DNA of 32,000 bases from Methanobacteriaceae archaeon UBA587 (GTDB lineage Archaea; Methanobacteriota; Methanobacteria; Methanobacteriales; Methanobacteriaceae): assembly GCA_002504725.1 (NCBI GenBank), contig DATN01000008.1, forward strand, positions 62,851 to 94,850, written 5' to 3'. The position numbers and the translations under genes were made by a program. Of this stretch, positions 11,649-20,530 are shown in pieces (position 1 is the first letter of the stretch; every line of letters begins with the position of its first letter). A model generated the notes under the pieces. The model did not search any database. It was not told the DNA's origin and was given only the letters and a program-made list of their open reading frames with translations.

Positions 11649-12158
11649 ATGGCCAAACGCAAGTCTTCCAAATCCAAAAGCACAGGTTTGGGGCTGGGTT
11701 TGGATGCTCTTATTAAAGCCAAAACTAAACCGGTTGAAGAGCGTGATGCTGATGGGGGTACTGATTTAATATTAGAATCGGATGAGGAGCTGGAGGTATC
11801 TGTCACCAAGAAGGAGGATGTTCCAGAAACTCCTAAAAAAAGAACCCGAAAATCTAAAAAATCCCCATCTAAGAAGTCAAAGACTCCTCAAAAATCTGCT
11901 GCTTCAGAATCTACCAAAAAATCCACTAAAAAAGATTCATCTGTATCCTCTGCTGATTCTCAACGGGTTGAGGCAGTTTTAACTGAAGTCCGGAAGAATC
12001 CCCGGATTAGTTTGTGGTCGGCTCGTTCTGCTGCGGTTCTCAGGTACCTTAAAAAGACACAACCAGAATTCAGTATCAGTAATGAGGCATCAAAACTCAT
12101 TGAAGAGGCAGTTAAAGAGAAATATCCTGAAATATGGGATATTTTTGATGATATTTAG
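11649..12158 (+). CDS. candidate centromere-binding adaptor: ParB-like N-terminal tail + K/S-rich linker + probable RHH C-terminal domain (SegB/ParG-like role inferred)
   Basis: Starts 2 nt after the parA stop. The CDS itself is well supported. The function is inferred from the N-terminus MAKRKSSKSKSTGLGLGLDALIKAK, the TPKK/SPSKK/TPQK motifs and the strand-helix-helix pattern PRISLWS/ARSAAVLRYLKK/SISNEASKLIEEAVKEKY. Confidence 0.55.
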   Translation: MAKRKSSKSKSTGLGLGLDALIKAKTKPVEERDADGGTDLILESDEELEVSVTKKEDVPETPKKRTRKSKKSPSKKSKTPQKSAASESTKKSTKKDSSVSSADSQRVEAVLTEVRKNPRISLWSARSAAVLRYLKKTQPEFSISNEASKLIEEAVKEKYPEIWDIFDDI

Positions 12159-12243
12159 TCAAATCTCTTGTTTTTTTATTTTTTTAATTTTTTTCAACAA
12201 TGATTTTTTTCTATAATTCTTATCATTTTCCTATAACCGTCCC

Positions 12244-12293
12244 TTATAACTTATAAGTTATAACTCGCTAAGTGATAAGTTATAACTTATAAC
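12244..12293. repeat. heptad array B: TTATAAC TTATAAG TTATAAC tcgctaag TGATAAG TTATAAC TTATAAC
   Basis: Read directly from the sequence. It lies between the convergent ends of 11649-12158 (+) and 12362-13525 (-). Confidence 0.85.
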
Positions 12294-12361
12294 TAGATTT
12301 TTCTTTTGCCTGAAAAATTATTAAAAATTTATTTAAAAAGTTTTAAGGTCTTGAATTAAAA

Positions 12362-13525
12362 TTAATAGGCATCCAGGGCGGTCTGATAATTTCCCTGTAA
12401 CTTGATGAATGTTTCAGCCCGATTCACCGCCACACCTAATTTTTTCAAGTCATCCATTTTATGGAATGGTTTTTTTTGACGGATGGCAATTATACGACGG
12501 GCAGAAATGGTTCCAATACCCGGCACCCGGATAAGGTCCCGGTAAGATGCTGAATTTATTTCCAGGGGGAAAATATCCATTTCCCAGGCGGCAGTAATTT
12601 TAGGATCCTGTTCCACATCTAAAAGCCCATCTTCCTGAAAAACCAATTCGTCTAACTTAAAATTATAGGAATTTAGAAGTGCATCGGCCTGATAAAGCCG
12701 TCCTGCTCTTTGAGGATGAGGTCCGCTCTGATTCTCCAGGGGGGTCTCTTCCAGTGGCTGAAAAGCCGAAAAATAACTTCTCTTCACATCCAGTTTGTTA
12801 TATAACCATTTGGCGCGATTAAGAATATCCTCGTCGGTTTCATCAGTGGCCCCTACAATCATCTGGGTGGTCTGTCCAGAGGGGGCATACTTGGGATTAC
12901 GTTCATGGATATCTTTTATCCATTTTAAACGGCGCATAATGTCCTTCTGGTAATCTTTAGTGCTGGTAAGCTCGGAAAGCCCATCAGGGGTGGCTGCCTC
13001 AATATTCACACTCACCCTATCTGCCAGGGCCATGGCTCTTTTAATCAGATCTTTAGAAGTTCCGGGAATAATTTTAAGGTGTATGTAGTCTTGATAGCCA
13101 TGTTCTAGTCTTAAGATACGGGCCACTTCCACCACATTTTCCATGGTGGATTCAATGTCTCCTGAAATCCCGGAACTTAAAAATAAGCCATCCACCAACT
13201 TGCGCTGATAATAATTAAGAAATACTCGAGTTAATTCTTCAGGAGTAAGTTCCATACGAGTAAAATTCCTTTTACTATGATTAACACAGTATTTACAGTC
13301 ATTACAACACTTATTACTCATTAAAACCTTGAATAGGGGTACTTGACACCCATTACTCCTGGTACTATAATATATTCCTGGTAGCTGGGGAGTGGATTGT
13401 TTATGATGATTCACATAATCACACAGGTCGTACTGAGCAGTATCACTTAAAACCTGCATTTTGCGCATGGTATTCATTGAAATATAATCTGTCTCCCCAA
13501 CTATAATTGTGTTATGGTAGACCAT
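12362..13525 (-). CDS. radical SAM protein with C-terminal helix-hairpin-helix (putative DNA modification/repair radical SAM family)
   Basis: CNDCKYCVNHS (CxxxCxxC), N-terminal SDTAQYDLCDY and C-terminal LIRVPGIGTISARRIIAIRQ (HhH). The true start may be an internal Met (about 13477 or 13468). Confidence 0.7.
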   Translation of the reverse strand: MVYHNTIIVGETDYISMNTMRKMQVLSDTAQYDLCDYVNHHKQSTPQLPGIYYSTRSNGCQVPLFKVLMSNKCCNDCKYCVNHSKRNFTRMELTPEELTRVFLNYYQRKLVDGLFLSSGISGDIESTMENVVEVARILRLEHGYQDYIHLKIIPGTSKDLIKRAMALADRVSVNIEAATPDGLSELTSTKDYQKDIMRRLKWIKDIHERNPKYAPSGQTTQMIVGATDETDEDILNRAKWLYNKLDVKRSYFSAFQPLEETPLENQSGPHPQRAGRLYQADALLNSYNFKLDELVFQEDGLLDVEQDPKITAAWEMDIFPLEINSASYRDLIRVPGIGTISARRIIAIRQKKPFHKMDDLKKLGVAVNRAETFIKLQGNYQTALDAY

Positions 13526-13738
13526 TTGAAAATAAATATTGATCCAGATAATGGTGTATGAATTAGATAGAAGAAGATTAGATAAGAAGAGGAATTTGAT
13601 AAAGAAAAAATAATATTAATTATTACAGAAAATTACAGAAAATATGGAGGCCTGCATCTCAAACTGAAATTTTTTTAAGACCCGTTTTTTCAAAAATTAC
13701 TCCCATACTTAAATAAAATGGTGGATTTACTATAAATT

Positions 13739-15085
13739 ATGAGAATTGTTTTGGCAGGTACTGGAAGTGCGGTGGGAAAAACCACCATTTCCACCGGAAT
13801 CATGAAAGCTTTATCGGCAGAAAAGAAAGTACAACCCTTTAAAGTAGGCCCAGATTACATTGACCCTACCTATCACACCCTGGCCACCGGGAATCGCTCC
13901 CGTAACCTGGACTCCTTTTTCATGTCGGAGGGACAGGTGAGGGAGGCATTTAACCGTGCACTTAGTATATCCCAATCAGATTATGGGATTATTGAGGGTG
14001 TAAGGGGTTTATATGAAGGTATAAGTCCTATTGAAGATGTGGGAAACACGGCTTCCATTGCCAAAGCATTAAATGCTCCAGTAGTATTGATAATGAATGC
14101 TCGTAGCCTGGTTAAAAGTGCCGCGGCGGTGGTGCTGGGATTCAAAACTCTGGATCCTCAGATACGTATCGAGGGTGTGATCTTAAACCAGGTGAAAAAC
14201 CAGCGCCACTACTTGAAAGCCAAAGAAGCAGTGGAGAAATTATCTGATACTCCTGTTTTAGGGGGAATACTTCGCAGTGACTCTTTAACCGTAGAACAAA
14301 GGCATTTAGGTCTGGTTCCAGCTGTGGAAAGAGAAAACTTGCTGGAATACATTGAAAAATGGGGTCAGGTGGTGGAGGAAAACATTGATCTGGATGCCCT
14401 GCAGGATATAATGAAGAATGCAGGTAAGATTCCTGGTGAAAAAGAACCTCTCTGGCGGGTCCAGAATAATCAGAAGGTGAAAATTGGGGTGGCTCATGAT
14501 GAGGTATTCACTTTTTATTATCAGGAAAATCTGGAAGCTTTGGAAGATAATTCTGCAAAGATAGTGCCTTTCAGCCCGTATCATGATGAAGAAGTTCCTG
14601 ATGTGGATGCACTCTATATTGGTGGGGGTTACCCAGAGATATTCTCTAAGGAGCTGGAAAATAATACTTCCATGCGTAATTCCGTCAAGAAGTTCCATGG
14701 GGAGAACAGACCTATCTATGCGGAGTGTGGCGGTTTAATGTACCTCATGAACTCTATTAACCAGCATAAAATGTGTGGTGTCTTCCCGTACTCTGCTGAA
14801 ATGACTCCTAAGGTGCAGGGGTTGAGTTATGTTATTGCCCGGGCTCAGGAAGATAACATCATCACCCAGAAAGGAGACATACTGCGTGGCCATGAATTCC
14901 ATTATTCCCGGGTTAATATTCCAGAAAAAGCCCGTTTCGCCTTTGAAGTACTGCGGGGTCGTGGTATAATGGATTTACAGGATGGCATCATGGATAAAAA
15001 TACAGTGGCTAGCTATGTGCATACCCACGCCGCAGCCTGCCCGGGATTTGCAGAAAACTTCACCCGTAATGCCGCGGAATTATAA
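13739..15085 (+). CDS. cobyrinate / Ni-sirohydrochlorin a,c-diamide synthase (CbiA/CfbB family)
   Basis: 448-aa ORF with an N-terminal P-loop [25 protein letters not shown] and a C-terminal glutamine amidotransferase region ([17 protein letters not shown]). The corrinoid (CbiA) and F430 (CfbB) paralogs cannot be told apart by eye. Confidence 0.88.
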   Translation: MRIVLAGTGSAVGKTTISTGIMKALSAEKKVQPFKVGPDYIDPTYHTLATGNRSRNLDSFFMSEGQVREAFNRALSISQSDYGIIEGVRGLYEGISPIEDVGNTASIAKALNAPVVLIMNARSLVKSAAAVVLGFKTLDPQIRIEGVILNQVKNQRHYLKAKEAVEKLSDTPVLGGILRSDSLTVEQRHLGLVPAVERENLLEYIEKWGQVVEENIDLDALQDIMKNAGKIPGEKEPLWRVQNNQKVKIGVAHDEVFTFYYQENLEALEDNSAKIVPFSPYHDEEVPDVDALYIGGGYPEIFSKELENNTSMRNSVKKFHGENRPIYAECGGLMYLMNSINQHKMCGVFPYSAEMTPKVQGLSYVIARAQEDNIITQKGDILRGHEFHYSRVNIPEKARFAFEVLRGRGIMDLQDGIMDKNTVASYVHTHAAACPGFAENFTRNAAEL

Positions 15086-15131
15086 TTTGCTTTTATAATT
15101 ATGATTAGTTACGGATTAGAGATAAGATAAT

Positions 15132-16292
15132 ATGAAATTTCAGGATCTAAAAAAAATAGACATTTTTTCCCCATATATAATAATTTTCGGGATACTATTG
15201 TATCTGGCTCTGGCCCTCCCGGCATTTTATTATCATATTAAAGGATTAAATCCACCATCCCTTAACGTATATTTATATTTCCTTGGGGGAACTCTTTTCT
15301 TCTTAATAGGGGTTTTATTTCCGAAATTATTAGAAAAACTGAATAATGCGTTTAATTTTAATAGATTTAAAAATTCCAACCAGAATAAGCAGAAAGATGA
15401 AAAAGAGAGGTTATTCACCCGCTTCAACTTCACAAAAACCGAGTTAATCCTCATCCTAGTCGTATTCCTGGGGATATTGCTCCAATCCATTAATTTATAC
15501 AATTCTGGAGGAATACCTCTTTTTAGCGGTTATTTAAAAGCTAAAGCGGTGACCCGGATATGGATAATTTCTTACTTGCTGTTCTTACCGGGTATAAACA
15601 TACTTCTGGCTAAATATAACAGAAAATGGTATTATCTGTTATTTATTTTAGGAATGGCTTTATTTGCATTCACCGGTTACCGTACCACCACTATTGTTAT
15701 CATACTGAGCGTTTTCATAACCTTATACTTTACCCGGAATCTGAAATCAATATATTTCTTGTTATTTGTGGCAGCCCTGGCAGTAATAGGTCTTTTAGTG
15801 GGATATATTGCAGTAAAATCGATTCAATGGCAACAATGGGCCCTTAATCCATTAGAGTTGTTTTTTTATCGGGCGGGATATACCTTAACTGTTTTTGACC
15901 AGTTACTCCTGAAACAGGGCACCACCCATGGAACCTTGTTTTACTACTCCCTGACCGGATTTTTCCAGGCAGCCGATCCTCGGGCTATGGTGGGACAGGC
16001 GGTACTGGGATATGATCATTCCACAACCTCCACCATATTTGGCCCGGCCTTACTGGACTTTGGAATGTGGGCCTTAGCCATTCAAATGTTTCTAATAGGT
16101 TTGCTTATGCAGCTAATGTACTCGCTGCAAAAAAAAATAAAAGGTGTTTATACAGCATTTTATGCTATAATCCTGGCTCAGACTCTGGTTTGGATTGAAA
16201 CCGGCCCCACAGATCTGGTGGTCTGGATATTCTATTTAATATCTTTTATTTTAATTATATGGGCTTTCAAATCCAATAATACTATCAAATAA
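15132..16292 (+). CDS. polytopic membrane protein, oligosaccharide repeat-unit polymerase (Wzy-like) candidate
   Basis: 386-aa ORF with about 10 hydrophobic segments and a large loop. The architecture resembles Wzy/EpsG-type polymerases. No diagnostic motif was verified. Confidence 0.45.
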   Translation: MKFQDLKKIDIFSPYIIIFGILLYLALALPAFYYHIKGLNPPSLNVYLYFLGGTLFFLIGVLFPKLLEKLNNAFNFNRFKNSNQNKQKDEKERLFTRFNFTKTELILILVVFLGILLQSINLYNSGGIPLFSGYLKAKAVTRIWIISYLLFLPGINILLAKYNRKWYYLLFILGMALFAFTGYRTTTIVIILSVFITLYFTRNLKSIYFLLFVAALAVIGLLVGYIAVKSIQWQQWALNPLELFFYRAGYTLTVFDQLLLKQGTTHGTLFYYSLTGFFQAADPRAMVGQAVLGYDHSTTSTIFGPALLDFGMWALAIQMFLIGLLMQLMYSLQKKIKGVYTAFYAIILAQTLVWIETGPTDLVVWIFYLISFILIIWAFKSNNTIK

Positions 16293-16326
16293 ATATTAGG
16301 AAATACAATTTAAACAAGGTGCTATT

Positions 16327-17397
16327 ATGAAAATTGCAGTAGCTGCAGAATCGGCCCCAGCCCGGACTTTCGTACCCCTCCTGGAAAAACTGGATATGGA
16401 AACCATAGGGTTATCCCACGGGCCCGGGGCAAAAGAACTCCTGCAACCATATTGTAGTGAGATTCATCCCATTGGACAGGGGAGAGGTGCAGGAGCCCAG
16501 AAAAGATCAAATTCCCAGATTGCTAAACTGGTTATTAAGGATATATTAAAGGCCCGCCGTGCTCTCCAGGGCAAGGGAGTGGGTTTAGTTTTAACCTGTG
16601 GAAATGCAGGTGATGTGCGTAAGGCCATATCTGCTGCAAATATACTGCGTATTCCCACTTTACATATTGAACAGGATATCTACAATCCTATTGAAATGAT
16701 TGCCTTTTCTAATCTGATTACAGCTCCTTCTGAGGATTATAAAAATTATCTGGAGAATAATTATTCCCTGAAAAATGTGCACAACATCGGGGGATATCCC
16801 ATGGCAGCTTATGTCAGTAAAATGAATATATTGGGAAAGGAGGAGATCAAAAATCAATATGGTGTTGATGAATTCGTTTTACTGGCATTAGGCGGTGATT
16901 TAAAGGGGGAGGATATTCCCCCACTTATCCAGGTTATGGAATCGCTGGAGAAAACAGTACTGGTGGCACCCTTCCGTTTTAGTCCGGAATTCGTGCGATC
17001 TCAGGTTAGTTCTAATCATATTCGTGTGCTGGATGGATTTGTGGATCTTCCCAGTATAATGAATGCATCCCAGGCCCTGGTTTATGGGGCTGGAATGGGC
17101 ATCACCCTGGAAGCAGGTATTTTAAAGGTGCCTTCCATTAAGATAGCTGGATTTCATCACCAACACGCCAGTGTGGATCTGGCCCGGGTTCTGGGCATAA
17201 AAGTACTGGATATTAATCAGATTCCCTCTGGTTTTGACGATTTAAAGAAACCTGATGGCGACTATTTGGTTGATAGTGCCCAGATTGCCATTAATAATTT
17301 GATTTCATTAATTACTAATTTTAATAATGAAAAAAGATCTAAAAGTGGCTTTAAAAGTTTGAAAAAGATTTGGAATGCCCGCTCACAGTTCCGATAA
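16327..17397 (+). CDS. divergent GT-B (MurG/GT28-like C-terminal half) glycosyltransferase candidate
   Basis: 356-aa ORF with an AGGTG SD. The C-terminal ALVYGAGMGITLEAGILKVPSI resembles the GAG(T)xxExxxxGxPxI nucleotide-sugar motif of MurG-type GT-B enzymes. The N-terminal Gly-rich loop is absent. Confidence 0.4.
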   Translation: MKIAVAAESAPARTFVPLLEKLDMETIGLSHGPGAKELLQPYCSEIHPIGQGRGAGAQKRSNSQIAKLVIKDILKARRALQGKGVGLVLTCGNAGDVRKAISAANILRIPTLHIEQDIYNPIEMIAFSNLITAPSEDYKNYLENNYSLKNVHNIGGYPMAAYVSKMNILGKEEIKNQYGVDEFVLLALGGDLKGEDIPPLIQVMESLEKTVLVAPFRFSPEFVRSQVSSNHIRVLDGFVDLPSIMNASQALVYGAGMGITLEAGILKVPSIKIAGFHHQHASVDLARVLGIKVLDINQIPSGFDDLKKPDGDYLVDSAQIAINNLISLITNFNNEKRSKSGFKSLKKIWNARSQFR

Positions 17398-17509
17398 CTT
17401 GTTCTGCTATTTTATTTTAACACTTTAAGAGATTCTATTTTTTTCATTTTTTTCAATAACCTCTAATTTTCATATTGTATTACCTTTTATACCAATAATA
17501 TTAAATATT

Positions 17510-17528
17510 AATTAAGTATTACTTAATT
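17510..17528. promoter_or_regulatory. perfect 9-1-9 palindrome AATTAAGTA T TACTTAATT upstream of the C39 peptidase gene
   Basis: Read directly; the reverse complement of AATTAAGTA is TACTTAATT. It ends about 20 nt before GGTGAT at 17547. A regulatory role is inferred only. Confidence 0.3.
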
Positions 17529-17547
17529 GTATCAAAATTAATATCAG

Positions 17548-18021
17548 GTGATTGGCATAAAAGGAAGGCAAATTTCTCGTATTGATTCTTGGAATGATTC
17601 CTCGTCCTTAAGGGGAAGATTAAAGCATAAAATTGTAATGCAAAGTACCAGTTACAACTGTGGCCCGGCGGCACTGGCCACGGTAATGAATTACATGGGA
17701 ATTCAGTGCAATGAACAGGATCTGGCCCAACTGGCCGGCACTGATGAGACGGGAACCACCATGTATGGTCTCATGCAAGCAGCACGTAAACGAGGTTTAA
17801 ATGCAAGAGGAGTAAGAAAAAAGGCTGAAAATTTGAGGGTAAGTGATATAGTATTTTTAAATATGGGTGGAAAGACTCATTACAGTGTTATCCATCATTT
17901 GGGGTCAAAGACGGTGATCTTAGCTGATCCATCCTTAGGGGAGATTGAACTGAAAAAGGAGGAATTCCTTAAAATTTACAGTGGAAATGCTCTGGTGTTA
18001 ATGGGAACTCCCTTTGAATAA
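17548..18021 (+). CDS. stand-alone peptidase C39-like cysteine protease domain
   Basis: Q-x5-C context VMQSTSYNCGPAALATVMNYMG, then THYSVIHHLG (His) and ILADPSLGE (Asp), giving a full Gln/Cys/His/Asp set. The start is uncertain: GTG at 17548 lies inside GGTGAT; alternatives are ATA at 17557 and ATG at 17638. Confidence 0.7.
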   Translation: MIGIKGRQISRIDSWNDSSSLRGRLKHKIVMQSTSYNCGPAALATVMNYMGIQCNEQDLAQLAGTDETGTTMYGLMQAARKRGLNARGVRKKAENLRVSDIVFLNMGGKTHYSVIHHLGSKTVILADPSLGEIELKKEEFLKIYSGNALVLMGTPFE

Positions 18022-18237
18022 ACACATTAAAAAAATCATTCAAATTATTTTAAATATTCATAAAATCAATTAAATGAATTTAAATAGGCTAATTATAATA
18101 TATGATTATTATTTTTAATTTTAAACATGTTTAAGGAGTGTTTCTATCAGGATTCATTACTCCTATAAAAACTTAATCATCATAATTAAATCAAAAAGTA
18201 CTTAATATCTCAAGTATTAACACATTTTGGTGATATA

Positions 18238-19068
18238 ATGGTTGTAAAAATCGGTATAATTAAATGTGGTAACATCGGTACCTCTCCTGTCTTGGATTTA
18301 TTACTTGATGAGAGAGCAGACCGACCAAACATAGATGTATGTGTAATCGGTTCTGGGGCTAAGATGAACCCAGAAGAAATCGAAAAAGCCGTACCATTAA
18401 TGCTTGAAATGGAAAGGGACTTTGTTATATTCATAAGCCCTAACCCAGGCGCTCCAGGTCCTGCTAAAGCCAGAGAATTATTATCTGCAGCAGACGTACC
18501 TGCCATCATCATTGGTGACGCTCCAGGGCTACGATCCAAAGACGAAATGGACGAACAAGGTTTAGGATACATCATCGTTAAAGCCGACCCAATGATCGGT
18601 GCACGAAGAGAATTACTGGACCCAACTGAAATGGCTTCATTCAATGCTGACGTAATTAAAGTGTTAGCTTTAACTGGTGCTTACAGAGTTGTACAAAACA
18701 CCATCGACGCTGCAGTCGCAGCTGTTGAAGCTGGAAGCGCAATTGAATTACCTAAAGTGGTAATTTCCCGAGATGTAGCTATTGCAGCTGCTGAATTCTC
18801 TAACCCATATGCTAAAGCTAAAGCCATGGCTGCCTACGACATCGCTACCAAAGTAGCTGATATTGACGTAGAAGGTTGTTTCATGACCAGAGAAGCAGAA
18901 AAATACATACCAATCGTTGCATCTGCTCACGAAATGATTACTACCGCAGCTAAACTCGCAGCTGAAGCTCGAGAAATCGAAAAAGCTAACGACACTGTTG
19001 TCCGAACCCCACACGGTGGACAAGGACAAACCATGGCTAAGTCCGCTTTAATGGACAAACCAGAATAA
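18238..19068 (+). CDS. mtd: F420-dependent methylenetetrahydromethanopterin dehydrogenase
   Basis: 276-aa ORF, MVVKIGIIKCGNIGTSPVLDLLLDERADRPNIDV..., with the characteristic Mtd N-terminus and length. Confidence 0.93.
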   Translation: MVVKIGIIKCGNIGTSPVLDLLLDERADRPNIDVCVIGSGAKMNPEEIEKAVPLMLEMERDFVIFISPNPGAPGPAKARELLSAADVPAIIIGDAPGLRSKDEMDEQGLGYIIVKADPMIGARRELLDPTEMASFNADVIKVLALTGAYRVVQNTIDAAVAAVEAGSAIELPKVVISRDVAIAAAEFSNPYAKAKAMAAYDIATKVADIDVEGCFMTREAEKYIPIVASAHEMITTAAKLAAEAREIEKANDTVVRTPHGGQGQTMAKSALMDKPE

Positions 19069-19080
19069 GTTAGCTAACAA

Positions 19081-19127
19081 GCGGTCCTCTGGACTGCTAA
19101 TATTTTATTTTTTCTTTCTTTTGTTTT
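19081..19127 (+). terminator. hairpin (7-bp stem with one G.U pair, loop tct) followed by a long oligo-T tract after mtd
   Basis: GCGGTCC tct GGACTGC followed by tattttattttttctttcttttgtttt. Archaeal termination typically uses oligo-T tracts. Confidence 0.5.
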
Positions 19128-19318
19128 AATTATCTCATTTTTTAATTAATTGAAAGTTTTTATCAATTCAAACTTGCTCATGGTTATTTATTGATACTTT
19201 TATTGATTATTATAATTTAGAATAAGCACAGAATTCGTATTATTGCATAAAATTATTTTAGATTTATATAGTACTAAATTAATATGTATTATGTAGTATT
19301 GTATTATCAAGGTGAAAT

Positions 19319-20530
19319 ATGATAGAAAATCTAATAGAACGTTTCTTTAAAGCAGCCACCATGGAGCGATGGAATGACCATATTCGTCCTGTGGAACTGA
19401 CCGAACTGGATAAACAGGCTCATAAAATGATCATAGCATACGTCCTGGCTAAAATAGAAGAGGACAGCAGAGGTATTAAGTCTATTAACTGGATCAACCT
19501 TATTGAGGGATTTTTATTTGATTTTCTGTATCGTCTGGTTTTAACTGATCTTAAACCATCAGTTTTTCACCGTATGATGGATGAAAAAAGGGAAGAATTG
19601 AATCAGCACGTTTTAAGAGAATTGAAAACGGACCTGGAAGGTTTAAATGATCCTAATTTTGAGATTAAGTTCAAAAATTATCTTTCCAGTGGCGAGGTAA
19701 CCTTGGAGAGAAAAATTCTCCGGGCAGCCCATTATCTAGCCACGGATTGGGAGTTTAAGATAATCTATAATAGTGCACCATTTATCTATGGAATTGAAAA
19801 AACCAAGGAAAATATAGAGAACCAGATTGAAGATCACTACGATCTGATTGGTGTTCAAAAGATAATGCTTAAGAAGAAGTCTTTTGGATTCATAGATTTA
19901 TGTGGGCAGCTCCGTTTCCAAAAAAGATGGGCCCACACGCCCCGCATACCTGAAACATCGGTATTGGGGCACATGTTGATAGTGGCTGCTACTTCTTACC
20001 TGTGCACCATGGAAATGGGGATAAAACCCTGTGACAAGAGAGTATACAACAACTTTTTTGCGGGTCTGTTTCATGATCTCCCGGAAGTCCTGACTAAAGA
20101 TATTATTTCGCCAGTTAAACAGTCAGTGAAAGGTTTAGATGATATTATAAAGGAATACGAAGATTATCAGATGAAAAAAGAATTACTGCCTCTTCTTCCG
20201 AAAACATGGCACCCTGAAATGCAGTATTTCACTGGAGACGAGTTCAAGAATAAAATCAAGCAAGAAGATGAGGTTAAATTCGTTTCATTCAATGATTTAA
20301 ATAAAAAATACAATGATGATGTTTTCATGCCATTGGACGGAGAATTAATCAAGGCGTGTGATAGGTTAGCTGCTTTTGCCGAGACCAAAATATCATTCCG
20401 GCATGGAGTCACCTCCAAAGACATGGAAGAAGCCCAAAAAACTATGATGGATGAATGGAAATCTAAAAAAGTTTCAGGAATTGATTTTGGTCAAATTTTC
20501 CGAAATTTAGAGAAACTAATCGATGAATAA
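19319..20530 (+). CDS. HD-domain phosphohydrolase family protein
   Basis: 403-aa ORF with VLGHMLIVA ... GLFHDLPEVLTKDI ... ACDRLAAF (H...HD...D metal-ligand pattern). Confidence 0.65.
   Translation: MIENLIERFFKAATMERWNDHIRPVELTELDKQAHKMIIAYVLAKIEEDSRGIKSINWINLIEGFLFDFLYRLVLTDLKPSVFHRMMDEKREELNQHVLRELKTDLEGLNDPNFEIKFKNYLSSGEVTLERKILRAAHYLATDWEFKIIYNSAPFIYGIEKTKENIENQIEDHYDLIGVQKIMLKKKSFGFIDLCGQLRFQKRWAHTPRIPETSVLGHMLIVAATSYLCTMEMGIKPCDKRVYNNFFAGLFHDLPEVLTKDIISPVKQSVKGLDDIIKEYEDYQMKKELLPLLPKTWHPEMQYFTGDEFKNKIKQEDEVKFVSFNDLNKKYNDDVFMPLDGELIKACDRLAAFAETKISFRHGVTSKDMEEAQKTMMDEWKSKKVSGIDFGQIFRNLEKLIDE

Noticed and set aside
11459-11982. Alternative-frame ORFs 11459-11716 and 11782-11982 within parA and the adaptor gene
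   Set aside because: They are out-of-frame shadows. The annotated frames carry the Walker A motif and the coupled start.
10808-12293. Interpreting the TTATAA arrays simply as TATA boxes or promoters
   Set aside because: Array B lies between two convergent gene ends, where no promoter is needed. The strict 7-bp phasing and the C/G spacers are not features of single TBP sites. TBP cross-binding cannot be excluded for arrays A and C.
18210-18644. 144-aa minus-strand ORF overlapping mtd (and 18748-19029)
   Set aside because: It is antisense to the unmistakable Mtd coding sequence and has no motif or SD.
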